Virus record (IMG/VR): IMGVR_UViG_3300025649_000002
Coordinates: 64,001 to 112,782 of that record
Length of the DNA: 48,782 nt
Strand: one strand, 5' to 3'
DNA from: a virus
Lineage: Duplodnaviria > Heunggongvirae > Uroviricota > Caudoviricetes
Position 1 is the stretch's first letter, and every line of letters starts with the position of its first letter. The notes under the pieces were generated by a model that did no database searches, had not been told where the DNA came from, and was given only the letters and a program-made list of their open reading frames with translations. Positions 1 to 8,302 of the stretch are shown here, piece by piece. The position numbers and the translations under genes were made by a program.

Positions 1-3
1 ATT

Positions 4-585
4 ATGAAATTTAAAGTTGGACCTATGGCATACATATCTCGTATGGCATATGCAAAATCAGCACCCGGTTGGTGGGTGAAGTTTGTGCGAAGTGGAGTAT
101 ATCTTGCACAAAAGAAATTCAATGATTCTGAATTTGGTGGTGAGGCAAATTCATTAATCGTGGCCACAAAATGGAGAGATGGAACTCTCAAAGAACTTAT
201 TAAAAATACTGATTTCAGACCACTTTTTGCGGGTCATCGTAAACCTGCATTCTTAACAGCAAGGCGTGGGAGTATACCGGGAAGAGTCGGTATTATGAAA
301 TTGGATAATTATTGGTTCCGAACTACGACACAAACTGCCATTCATGCGTATGCATGGAAAGCGACATGGGTTCAATATGTTGTGGAACATGGCAAAGTTG
401 TTCGAAAACAAACTTATAGAACATTCTCAATTCATAAGTTTGGTGAACGTGATGCATTTTTTAAAGCACAGACTGCTAGAAAAAATGCGGAAAAATTTTT
501 AATGACTTCTGAACAGAGTCGTCTTCGAAACGAATACAAAAACAATGAAATTATGAAACGGGGTAGAGATAGTAAAAGGATATAA
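4..585 (+). CDS. Tandem AP2-like DNA-binding domain protein
   Basis: Two AP2-like units: GWWVKFVRSG...FNDSEFGG...A.KWRD and WKATW...G...RTFSIHKFGERDAFFKAQTAR; strongly basic. Confidence 0.55.
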   Translation: MKFKVGPMAYISRMAYAKSAPGWWVKFVRSGVYLAQKKFNDSEFGGEANSLIVATKWRDGTLKELIKNTDFRPLFAGHRKPAFLTARRGSIPGRVGIMKLDNYWFRTTTQTAIHAYAWKATWVQYVVEHGKVVRKQTYRTFSIHKFGERDAFFKAQTARKNAEKFLMTSEQSRLRNEYKNNEIMKRGRDSKRI

Positions 586-630
586 AGTGAAGTGATTGAA
601 AACATTAATTTATTTTAGGAGGAATAAAAT

Positions 631-894
631 ATGTTAAATAAAATTTTAAAGTATTCTTGGTATCTTTCATTGATGTTATTTATGTATGGTATTTGGTTGT
701 GGGTTGATGTTTACTACTTTGACGGTGGTGGATTTTTTGAATGGTTGACTTTATGTCAAAGGCGGTTAGGGATGCAGTATATGTTATGGGGTTTTATTGT
801 GTCATTCATTATGACCGGGGTTTTCGTTGTTTTATCCAATAGGAAGAAAAAGAAAGAAAAAGAAGAAAATGTATTAGACGTCGATAAAAAATAA
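631..894 (+). CDS. Small two-TM membrane protein
   Basis: RBS AGGAGG at 617-622; two hydrophobic stretches followed by a basic tail. Confidence 0.6.
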   Translation: MLNKILKYSWYLSLMLFMYGIWLWVDVYYFDGGGFFEWLTLCQRRLGMQYMLWGFIVSFIMTGVFVVLSNRKKKKEKEENVLDVDKK

Positions 895-1361
895 TGAATT
901 TATCAATCGGTTCATGTTTATATTTCATGGACCGATTGGATAAGTTCATAATTAAAAACGATAACCTATTAGAGGAAGGTATGATAATGACGACTACTAT
1001 AATTACTAAATTTACATCATATATAAATGAAACTGATTCAACAATTGTTATTGAAACACCAAAATTTAAATATACATTCTTCCATGTAAATAACAATGTT
1101 GGTTTAGTATGTAAGAAGTTGTATGAAGATGGACCTAATTGTCATGGATTGATATGGGTTAAATTGAAAACTATTGAATTTGGTCGAGAAGATTTTGAAA
1201 CTGGAGAAAAGAAAATTGTAACAGAAATACTAAAGGAAGGAGATTTGAAACCTCAGAAGATAGAAACTGTCATAGATAATCCTACAACCAGTATTGAAAA
1301 AAGTAGGAATAAAATAATAGATGACAAAAATTCATTTGAAAAAGGATGGAAGAAAATTTAG
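894..1361 (+). CDS. Hypothetical protein (true start probably near 983-989)
   Basis: Open frame; GAGGAAGG lies just before the MIMTTT start. Confidence 0.5.
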   Translation: MNLSIGSCLYFMDRLDKFIIKNDNLLEEGMIMTTTIITKFTSYINETDSTIVIETPKFKYTFFHVNNNVGLVCKKLYEDGPNCHGLIWVKLKTIEFGREDFETGEKKIVTEILKEGDLKPQKIETVIDNPTTSIEKSRNKIIDDKNSFEKGWKKI

Positions 1362-1530
1362 CATATTCGTTAATGAAGATCCGGAAGATATATTAGATCC
1401 TGAAAAATATCTAAAAAGATTTATAAGTTTATAGATTTATTTGAGTGTAGATTTATCTGAACGGTAAACGGTACGTTTTAGTAACTGAAATGAGATGAAC
1501 ATAAATAATAATTTTTAAGGGAGAACTATC

Positions 1531-2598
1531 ATGTTATTCAATAAAAAGAATTTAATTGCTATCGTAGTATGTGTATTAATTTATAACTTTTCATTTGCAG
1601 CAACAGAAGATTACATTGCAGATCCGTGTGATAGTATCGACGGTTGGGTACGTGTGAATCAGGTTGATAATTTCAATCCAATAGTAGAAGAAGAAGCAGT
1701 TGATAATGGTGATGTAATTGTTGTGGAATCACATGCATATACAGTAGTTGAACAGTCCAACTGGATAACCCGTTATCTGTACAAAGAATGGACATTCGAT
1801 GCAGATATGAACGCTGACGGTATGAAGTTGCAGTTCGACGCTGTATTTGAAAGAACCGGTGGAACTATTCATAACAGTCCATTTTTAATTATCAATCTTT
1901 ATAATGCTGAAGGTATCCGTACTGGTTGTAGAGTTATATTTTCAGAAGATACAATCGGTGATTGGCATCGTGATTATGTTGCGAATATGGAAGCAACCTA
2001 TCCTGGGAAGTATATCATAGTTCCTGATTCTGGTAGTTTTGAATATGATGTTGCGGCACTGATGGGTGTGAGTGATTTTCGTAGTATGAGAATTTATCTT
2101 GCAAATCGTGTTGGATATCAAGAAGGAACTAATACTCTTTCCATTGACAATATCATGATGTATAGAGAAGTTACAGAACGTGATGTTGAAGATGCTGAAG
2201 TCGAGTTGGAAAATTACGAATTACAGAATGATGGTTCTATACTCTTTCATGAAATGGAAAGCATGGAACTGTTTAGACTTGACGGTCCCCATTGTTATAA
2301 TGGCCCTGTATATGCAGTTGAAGCAGATGGCACTGAGACTCTGATAACTAAGCAGGTTAATAATTCTAAACACGGCAGAGAAGTTATCACTGGATCATAC
2401 ATATTGAAGTTTGAGGTAACCCATGGTAAGAATGCTTGGACGTTACTTTCAACTGATTCGTCAGTCTGTAATACGTATGATACAGACTATGGTATGATAT
2501 TTGAATTTCACACTGATGATTTTACGATTGTATTACTTCTTGCTCCTGAGTATGTGGAGAGAGAAGTTATAATTTCATGTGGTCAGGTTGTTAAATAA
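1531..2598 (+). CDS. Secreted/exported protein with Sec-type signal peptide, probably beta-rich
   Basis: RBS AAGGGAG; MLFNKKNLIAIVVCVLIYNFSFA|ATED has basic N-region, hydrophobic core and small-residue cleavage site; acidic and aromatic mature part. Confidence 0.65.
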   Translation: MLFNKKNLIAIVVCVLIYNFSFAATEDYIADPCDSIDGWVRVNQVDNFNPIVEEEAVDNGDVIVVESHAYTVVEQSNWITRYLYKEWTFDADMNADGMKLQFDAVFERTGGTIHNSPFLIINLYNAEGIRTGCRVIFSEDTIGDWHRDYVANMEATYPGKYIIVPDSGSFEYDVAALMGVSDFRSMRIYLANRVGYQEGTNTLSIDNIMMYREVTERDVEDAEVELENYELQNDGSILFHEMESMELFRLDGPHCYNGPVYAVEADGTETLITKQVNNSKHGREVITGSYILKFEVTHGKNAWTLLSTDSSVCNTYDTDYGMIFEFHTDDFTIVLLLAPEYVEREVIISCGQVVK

Positions 2599-2612
2599 TT
2601 AATATACTCATC

Positions 2613-2642
2613 GATAGGTTCATGGTGGTGCATGGATCTATC
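2613..2642 (+). other. RNA hairpin in the intergenic region
   Basis: gataggttcatg-gtggtg-catggatctatc gives a 12-bp stem including two G:U pairs; no U-tract follows. Confidence 0.45.
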
Positions 2643-2690
2643 TATTGGTCGTATTAATAAATCTATAATAATATTTTTAGGAGAAATAAT

Positions 2691-2918
2691 ATGGATTCCG
2701 TAACATATATGAAAAAAAATGGTAGTACATTTTTCGCTGGATGTTATTTCGATGATGGTTTTGATCCATATGCTCATGAAGGTATGATTGGTATTACGCC
2801 ACCATTACACAGTGATAGTGATACAACTTGCCGTAGTAATTCAAAAGTAACTATATTTGTAACAAGTGGTGATGAAGTTTCATACAATCCAGAAAAGGAT
2901 AATAGAGTATATAAATAA
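2691..2918 (+). CDS. Hypothetical protein
   Basis: RBS AGGAG upstream; 75 aa. Confidence 0.55.
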   Translation: MDSVTYMKKNGSTFFAGCYFDDGFDPYAHEGMIGITPPLHSDSDTTCRSNSKVTIFVTSGDEVSYNPEKDNRVYK

Positions 2919-2939
2919 TATTTTGGGGAGAAAAAAGAA

Positions 2940-3095
2940 GTGGCAACTAAAAAAGAAAAAGCAATGAGGTTGAGAAATATTTTATTGGATATTATTAATA
3001 TAGATTTCAATGAGAAACATAAACCTCAAGAAGACAAAATCAAAAAAGATGCAATTGATATTGTTAAATTCTTAAATAAAACAATTTTAAGATAG
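2940..3095 (+). CDS. Small hypothetical protein (51 aa, GTG start; not in ORF track)
   Basis: GGGGAG RBS; reads MATKKEKAMRLRNILLDIIN...KTILR*. Confidence 0.5.
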   Translation: MATKKEKAMRLRNILLDIINIDFNEKHKPQEDKIKKDAIDIVKFLNKTILR

Positions 3096-3107
3096 GGAGA
3101 ATGTATC

Positions 3108-3221
3108 ATGGCAAAAGATAAAAAAACCAATGAAGTAGATTGTCTTGAATTTTTAACCAGCAATCCGGATAAGTATCCTGAGTTATTTCCTGAAGTTTTT
3201 AAAGATAGTGAGAAGAAGTAA
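3108..3221 (+). CDS. Small hypothetical protein (37 aa; not in ORF track)
   Basis: GGGAG RBS; reads MAKDKKTNEVDCLEF...SEKK*. Confidence 0.45.
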   Translation: MAKDKKTNEVDCLEFLTSNPDKYPELFPEVFKDSEKK

Positions 3222-3246
3222 TCGCCAAATATATGTAGGAGAATAT

Positions 3247-3444
3247 ATGAGTAATAATTGGCATAAGAATCGTCGTCTGGCCAGAGGTACACAAGACTAT
3301 TTCTTAGATCGTATGGATGAAACCATTAATGATGATGATATCATAGATATTCATCTGAAACGGGCAGCACGAGATAGTAAGGAATTTAAGGAGAGGAGAA
3401 AGAAGAGTAGGGAAAGAAAGGTTAAACGAATTAGGAACCCGTGA
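3247..3444 (+). CDS. Small basic hypothetical protein
   Basis: AGGAG RBS before MSNNWHK, an internal start of track ORF 3208..3444. Confidence 0.55.
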   Translation: MSNNWHKNRRLARGTQDYFLDRMDETINDDDIIDIHLKRAARDSKEFKERRKKSRERKVKRIRNP

Positions 3445-3460
3445 GGGTTTCTTTTTTTTT
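3434..3460 (+). terminator. Intrinsic terminator at the convergence of the plus and minus operons
   Basis: ggaaccc-gtga-gggtttc followed by T9; GNRA-type loop. Confidence 0.8.
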
Positions 3461-3462
3461 GC

Positions 3463-4752
3463 CTATTTTTCTTGATTAGATCTAAACATTGTTAATGTCG
3501 CATTGCAATTCCATTGTTCCGAACCTCCTTTGAACCATTGTATATCAGATGTCTGTAAAATAAATTTTCCTTGATATCCTAAATAACTTTCTGACATTGG
3601 TTCTAATTGAATCGGACTTCCTATTTTAATCAGATTTTCAATATCTACATTTCGTATAATAGTCAATTTAACTGATGTTGTATTTTGAATCTGTTTTGCC
3701 ATTCTTGATGATAATGCATATGTATTTCGTGCAAGACCTTTAAGACCTGTACAAACATCTGGTGTTACTCCAACCATATCTTCATTAAATTTCATTGAAT
3801 CATTATCATCATAAACTCCCAAGTTTTCCATTACATCATCCAAATTGTTTTCAATATTAAAAAATAAAAGATCATCAGGATGTATAATTTGTTTCTTTTT
3901 ATGAGTTGCATTTATAACATTTGAATTTGCATGATGTAAAGTCATCAATGGAGAATCCGTATAATAATAATGTGGTTTTTGGTCACATTTTTCTATTATT
4001 GATTCAACCTCTCCCGCAGGGGCACCTGCTGGTAAATGCCAAATCTTTGCAACAGGTTTAGTTTTAATTCGTTTGCTTAGATCCCACATTTGAAGTACTG
4101 ACTCTTTCTTTTTATTATCCCATATACAATATCTATGTAGAGGACCTTCAAATAAACCATATGTTTCATTAAAGAAATCGATTGTTTTGATGACAGACAT
4201 AGTGGGAATTATACATTGATTGATTTCTTCTTCATTTTTACCTTTTTTATCAAATTCAATTTCACCATTCACTTTATCTAATAACGCTTCTAATAGTGCA
4301 TCAAAAGGTCCGACTGATGCACGTTCTTCAAATATGTAATTTATCAATGTAGACATCATATTGTAACAAGGAAGAATAATTGCTGATAATGATATTCCAC
4401 CCAGATCTTTATCTTCACTAGTAGTACCACCCATTGTTTTAGGAACTAAAGAAAGATTTGATTGTAGATATAATAATTCTAAGTTCAAAAATTCAACAGA
4501 ATTACCATCTTCTTTATCAAGAGATACTGTAAATTTTAGAGTATTCTCACCATACATATTACGTGAGATAATTTCTGTTGCATCTGCTTTGAATAAAAAT
4601 ATGAAGGTTGGATAAATTGAACCCATTGTATTGACAAAACGAATTGAATCAAGATATATAGATAAATCATCTGTTCCATCTTCTGGATTTTCAACACCTA
4701 CTTTCAAAGAAAAACTATAATTTCTACCTTTAGTAAATTTTGGGTCTGCCAT
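3463..4752 (-). CDS. Probable tail baseplate hub-like (gp27/gpD-type) structural protein
   Basis: About 430 aa, beta-rich, start MADPKF. C-terminal 'NIENLIKIGSPIQL...YQGKFILQTSDIQW...CNATLTMFR' resembles the last barrel of hub proteins. Pattern recognition only. Confidence 0.45.
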   Translation of the reverse strand: MADPKFTKGRNYSFSLKVGVENPEDGTDDLSIYLDSIRFVNTMGSIYPTFIFLFKADATEIISRNMYGENTLKFTVSLDKEDGNSVEFLNLELLYLQSNLSLVPKTMGGTTSEDKDLGGISLSAIILPCYNMMSTLINYIFEERASVGPFDALLEALLDKVNGEIEFDKKGKNEEEINQCIIPTMSVIKTIDFFNETYGLFEGPLHRYCIWDNKKKESVLQMWDLSKRIKTKPVAKIWHLPAGAPAGEVESIIEKCDQKPHYYYTDSPLMTLHHANSNVINATHKKKQIIHPDDLLFFNIENNLDDVMENLGVYDDNDSMKFNEDMVGVTPDVCTGLKGLARNTYALSSRMAKQIQNTTSVKLTIIRNVDIENLIKIGSPIQLEPMSESYLGYQGKFILQTSDIQWFKGGSEQWNCNATLTMFRSNQEK

Positions 4753-4771
4753 AGGTCTATCCTTTTGTTTA

Positions 4772-4800
4772 GAAAAAAAAGCTCTAGGAGCCTTTCTTTT
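4772..4800 (-). terminator. Probable intrinsic terminator
   Basis: Minus strand aggctc-cta-gagctt followed by a T-run. Confidence 0.5.
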
Positions 4801-4966
4801 CATACTTTATACAATACGCTTCATCGTCAAATAAATCTCGGGGTGAAATGATAAACATTATTTCTATCATTCTAATCCCTTTAATAAATCGATTGCATGT
4901 TTTATGTCTAGGACAATCATCATCATCACAAAGACACATTGGGGAGTGATTTTTTTTCTCTATCAT
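4784..4966 (-). CDS. Small Cys-rich hypothetical protein
   Basis: MCLCDDDDCPRHKTCNRF...YC pattern. Confidence 0.5.
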   Translation of the reverse strand: MIEKKNHSPMCLCDDDDCPRHKTCNRFIKGIRMIEIMFIISPRDLFDDEAYCIKYEKKGS

Positions 4967-5243
4967 TCTTCTCCTCTAACCAATCCTTTAAATCTTCCCG
5001 ACTTGCTTCTTCGAATCTTAACAGTTGTTTTTCATAATCTTTATATGGATTAGATCTAGCATTACCTGTCTTTCTATAATGACCTAATAGACTAGGAATA
5101 TCATCATCATGGTCGATCCACCAATCATCATTATAAAATCTGCTACCTCTTGAAGTTTCGGGGCTAGATGGATTAAAATTATGAAAATGTTTAAACCGTC
5201 TTAATGCATATTTCTTGGCACGTTGTAAAGTTTGCCAACTCAT
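4926..5243 (-). CDS. Hypothetical protein
   Basis: 105 aa ORF in an operon-like arrangement. Confidence 0.55.
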   Translation of the reverse strand: MSWQTLQRAKKYALRRFKHFHNFNPSSPETSRGSRFYNDDWWIDHDDDIPSLLGHYRKTGNARSNPYKDYEKQLLRFEEASREDLKDWLEEKNDREKKSLPNVSL

Positions 5244-5246
5244 GAT

Positions 5247-5483
5247 TTACACCTTATAATTCATAATTGTATTTCTTATTTGACCAACAACCTTGTTTAT
5301 AGTTGTTTCATCGGCATCCCGAAATTTATCCATGAAAGATTTTTGAATGGTTTCAAATGAATCAAATAACTTTGTACCCATCTCTGCTTTCATTTCAGAT
5401 TTTCTATTTTGTTCCTTTGCAACCGGACATTTTCCTGGAGCAGTTGGAGGGTGATCAAAACCGCATTCTGGACATTGTGACAT
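5247..5483 (-). CDS. Zinc-finger-like small protein
   Basis: CPECGFDHPP..PGKCP motif; AAGGAG RBS. Confidence 0.6.
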   Translation of the reverse strand: MSQCPECGFDHPPTAPGKCPVAKEQNRKSEMKAEMGTKLFDSFETIQKSFMDKFRDADETTINKVVGQIRNTIMNYKV

Positions 5484-5510
5484 AACAGTATCTCCTTTTT
5501 ATATTTGTTC

Positions 5511-6434
5511 TTACTTCTGTAATAACTTGATTAATAACTCTCTATTTAAAACTTCTCTAAAGTCATCATTTAAATTACAATCTTCAACAAAATGATTTTT
5601 AAGATATTGAGGATAAACATCTACGAGGGTTTTTGCACATACATCCCCTTTCGATGCAAAAGTCAGGGATGGTAAAAATCCACCCTTATTTATTTCATTC
5701 TTTCGAGCCTTCGTCATTGGGAAACGTTTATTACCTCTCTGTACACTCTTTGATGTTAACTCAGTAAATATTCTATTCAATATTGGAACTATCATTTGTG
5801 TATATTTTGATTTCTTTCCAAATTTTTCAATATGAATCAATCTTAAAATTTCTGTTTCATTCAAATTCCAATCAGGATTTAAAAATGAAGTATCAGTAGG
5901 TCCATCAATAATAGGATGAAATTTATAACACTTCATTATTTGTCTGAATGGTAAAAGTTTTTCATCTACTCTATCCACATAATTCATGAATTCACGACCA
6001 GCATCCGTTAATGCTAATCCTACAATTAATCCAAACTTCATTGAAGTCATTGGTATACCATACTGTCTAATATAAAATGATTTCTCATCATCCAAATCCA
6101 TTATATGTCGAGTTCCTGTATATCGAAATCTTTGCATCATTTTTTTAAACATCATTGTTATCTTAGGGGCAGTATCCATATTTCTATAAAAATGACCCTT
6201 GATACATTTAGCAGCATAGTTTGAAAATGTAACAGATATATTATCACTATCATCAATCTTACACAATCGTTTCAAACAATTTGCAAAGTTAGTCACAAAT
6301 ATATGAGACGTTGAAAGAACAGCATAACAATCTGGTCTATCAGTTTTCCAACTTTTATCTCCCATCATTGCAAAGTATTCATCTATCTGATACTTACATT
6401 TTTCTCCCGTCATTAGTTCCTCCGTAAATCTCAT
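5511..6434 (-). CDS. Hypothetical protein
   Basis: 307 aa ORF, tightly packed with its neighbours. Confidence 0.7.
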   Translation of the reverse strand: MRFTEELMTGEKCKYQIDEYFAMMGDKSWKTDRPDCYAVLSTSHIFVTNFANCLKRLCKIDDSDNISVTFSNYAAKCIKGHFYRNMDTAPKITMMFKKMMQRFRYTGTRHIMDLDDEKSFYIRQYGIPMTSMKFGLIVGLALTDAGREFMNYVDRVDEKLLPFRQIMKCYKFHPIIDGPTDTSFLNPDWNLNETEILRLIHIEKFGKKSKYTQMIVPILNRIFTELTSKSVQRGNKRFPMTKARKNEINKGGFLPSLTFASKGDVCAKTLVDVYPQYLKNHFVEDCNLNDDFREVLNRELLIKLLQK

Positions 6435-6436
6435 AA

Positions 6437-7204
6437 TTATCTCCTCTGTAAAATGTATAGAAGGTATTCCCTTAACAGTATGTCCAATCTTTCTCCACTT
6501 ATATTTTTAGGTCTTCTTCCTGTATTCAATTGATTTATATAACCTTCAATAATCTTATGATGCATTCCATGAGCACAAACAATTCCTAATAATTCTTCAT
6601 TGTCTTCATAGAATTCATAAAGATATACCAATGATAAAATCCTCATCATATCTTTGACAAGAACTCGTTCATTATCACTATCATCATAATCAAAGTTAGT
6701 TTCATTTTCATAATACAATAGAAAATCGCCTATATAATATACAGATTCAATTATGAATGTTTCAACTGCCATACCCATCTCAGTCTTCTTTACCTTTGAA
6801 TCGTTCATTAATGAAAATATACAATCTATCATTGAATATGATTGATTTGTAAAAGACATTAAATTATTAAAATTGACTCTACAATTTGATCCATCTCTTG
6901 ACATTTTACAGAATAATTTTGAATTTCTATCTTTAATTCTTCTGGGCACTTTTAATTGATTATCAGATCTAAAACTCAATTCATTTATACAAATTTGTTT
7001 CAATTGTTTATCTTTTATTATTATGTCAATGCTTTCATGTTTCTTAAAACATTTAGATAATATTTCATTCATGTTTTCAATTAAGGTTCTGTTAGATGCA
7101 ATACTACTATTTTTTACATCATCACCTTTCAATATAGATTTTTTATTTGTAATCTCAATACAGAACATATTTGTTTTCTCCTCCCTCTTCTTCTTCCTAC
7201 TCAT
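6437..7204 (-). CDS. Hypothetical protein
   Basis: 255 aa ORF. Confidence 0.7.
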   Translation of the reverse strand: MSRKKKREEKTNMFCIEITNKKSILKGDDVKNSSIASNRTLIENMNEILSKCFKKHESIDIIIKDKQLKQICINELSFRSDNQLKVPRRIKDRNSKLFCKMSRDGSNCRVNFNNLMSFTNQSYSMIDCIFSLMNDSKVKKTEMGMAVETFIIESVYYIGDFLLYYENETNFDYDDSDNERVLVKDMMRILSLVYLYEFYEDNEELLGIVCAHGMHHKIIEGYINQLNTGRRPKNISGERLDILLREYLLYILQRR

Positions 7205-7344
7205 TTCAAAAGTCCTTCGATTACAAAACTAGTTTCTAATAGTTCTTTAAAGTCTCCACTTAACATTTTATCATCTGTATAAATGAATGCTTTTTTAATA
7301 TTTTTATGTTTGAGTACTTTTATACTAATCTTAGGTATTGGCAT
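7201..7344 (-). CDS. Small hypothetical protein (47 aa; not in ORF track)
   Basis: AAGGAG RBS; MPIPKISIKV...GLLK*, with its TGA overlapping the next ATG. Confidence 0.55.
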   Translation of the reverse strand: MPIPKISIKVLKHKNIKKAFIYTDDKMLSGDFKELLETSFVIEGLLK

Positions 7345-7362
7345 TATAATCTCCTTTGTTAC

Positions 7363-7403
7363 AAAATGGTTCCCGTAAGATTGCTCCTACGGGAACCAAT
7401 TTT
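7363..7403. terminator. Intrinsic terminator, possibly bidirectional
   Basis: 11-bp perfect stem tggttcccgta/tacgggaacca flanked by A- and T-runs. Confidence 0.75.
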
Positions 7404-7405
7404 TG

Positions 7406-8302
7406 TTATGCAGTTTTCAAGTCATCAAGATACTCTGAAATAAACTTCCTGCTTTTCAATTCAAATTCAATTTTCTTTTCTGAATTTGCAATAGCGGAAA
7501 TTACATATGTCAGATAATAGAAATTACTCAAATCGCCACCGACATTTGCCCAGATCTTTTCAACTTTTTTCATGATCCTACGAGCGCCGACTTTTGATTT
7601 GAACTCTTCCATGAAACCATCAGGTACAATTGTTTCCTTGAATTTATTGATTTTATTGATAATATTTTCCTTAACATTCTGAACCTGTTCATAGTCAAGT
7701 GCCAATTTTTTATCATGTACAAGTGTCTTCTTGAATTCATCAAGGAGATAAATGTTATTGATACTCAATCCTTTCTTGACCTTATCACTTGCCAAGGATG
7801 TCATAAAACCATAATTCAGAGAAAGAGTATGACAACCAGTCATGTTATTGACAATTGAAAATGTCAATGATGATTGCTGTGCCAATTTCTCCTCATCAAT
7901 ACCAGTCAGAAGTTTGAACATCATTGCATTCACTTCATCAGGTTCTGTTTCCTCAATCTCGTAACCATCTAAAACGAATGTATAATTAATAATTGAACCA
8001 TTGCGGAAAAATGTTTCACCCACTGTACTCCCGCCCAATTGTTTCTTAATTGTCTCAACGATTCCTTCTGTTTTTCCAACTGTATAATCATTGGATAACA
8101 ATCCTGGAGATACTTCCCAAGGTGCTTCGTCTGAGAGTTTTTCAGGTTTCATTGCCAAAACCCATTTTGAAGAATTAACTCCTGATGGATCAATGAAATT
8201 ACTGTAGCGAAATTTTACTTTACAATCAGTAAATTCAAGATGAGGCATTCCACCTTCTTTAATTTTTGTATGTACGTCGCCAAGATTAATAAAATTAGAC
8301 AT
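7406..8302 (-). CDS. Hypothetical protein, possibly DUF932-like
   Basis: 'LLSNDYTV..TE.IVE.I' segment and overall size resemble DUF932 phage proteins; weak. Confidence 0.35.
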   Translation of the reverse strand: MSNFINLGDVHTKIKEGGMPHLEFTDCKVKFRYSNFIDPSGVNSSKWVLAMKPEKLSDEAPWEVSPGLLSNDYTVGKTEGIVETIKKQLGGSTVGETFFRNGSIINYTFVLDGYEIEETEPDEVNAMMFKLLTGIDEEKLAQQSSLTFSIVNNMTGCHTLSLNYGFMTSLASDKVKKGLSINNIYLLDEFKKTLVHDKKLALDYEQVQNVKENIINKINKFKETIVPDGFMEEFKSKVGARRIMKKVEKIWANVGGDLSNFYYLTYVISAIANSEKKIEFELKSRKFISEYLDDLKTA

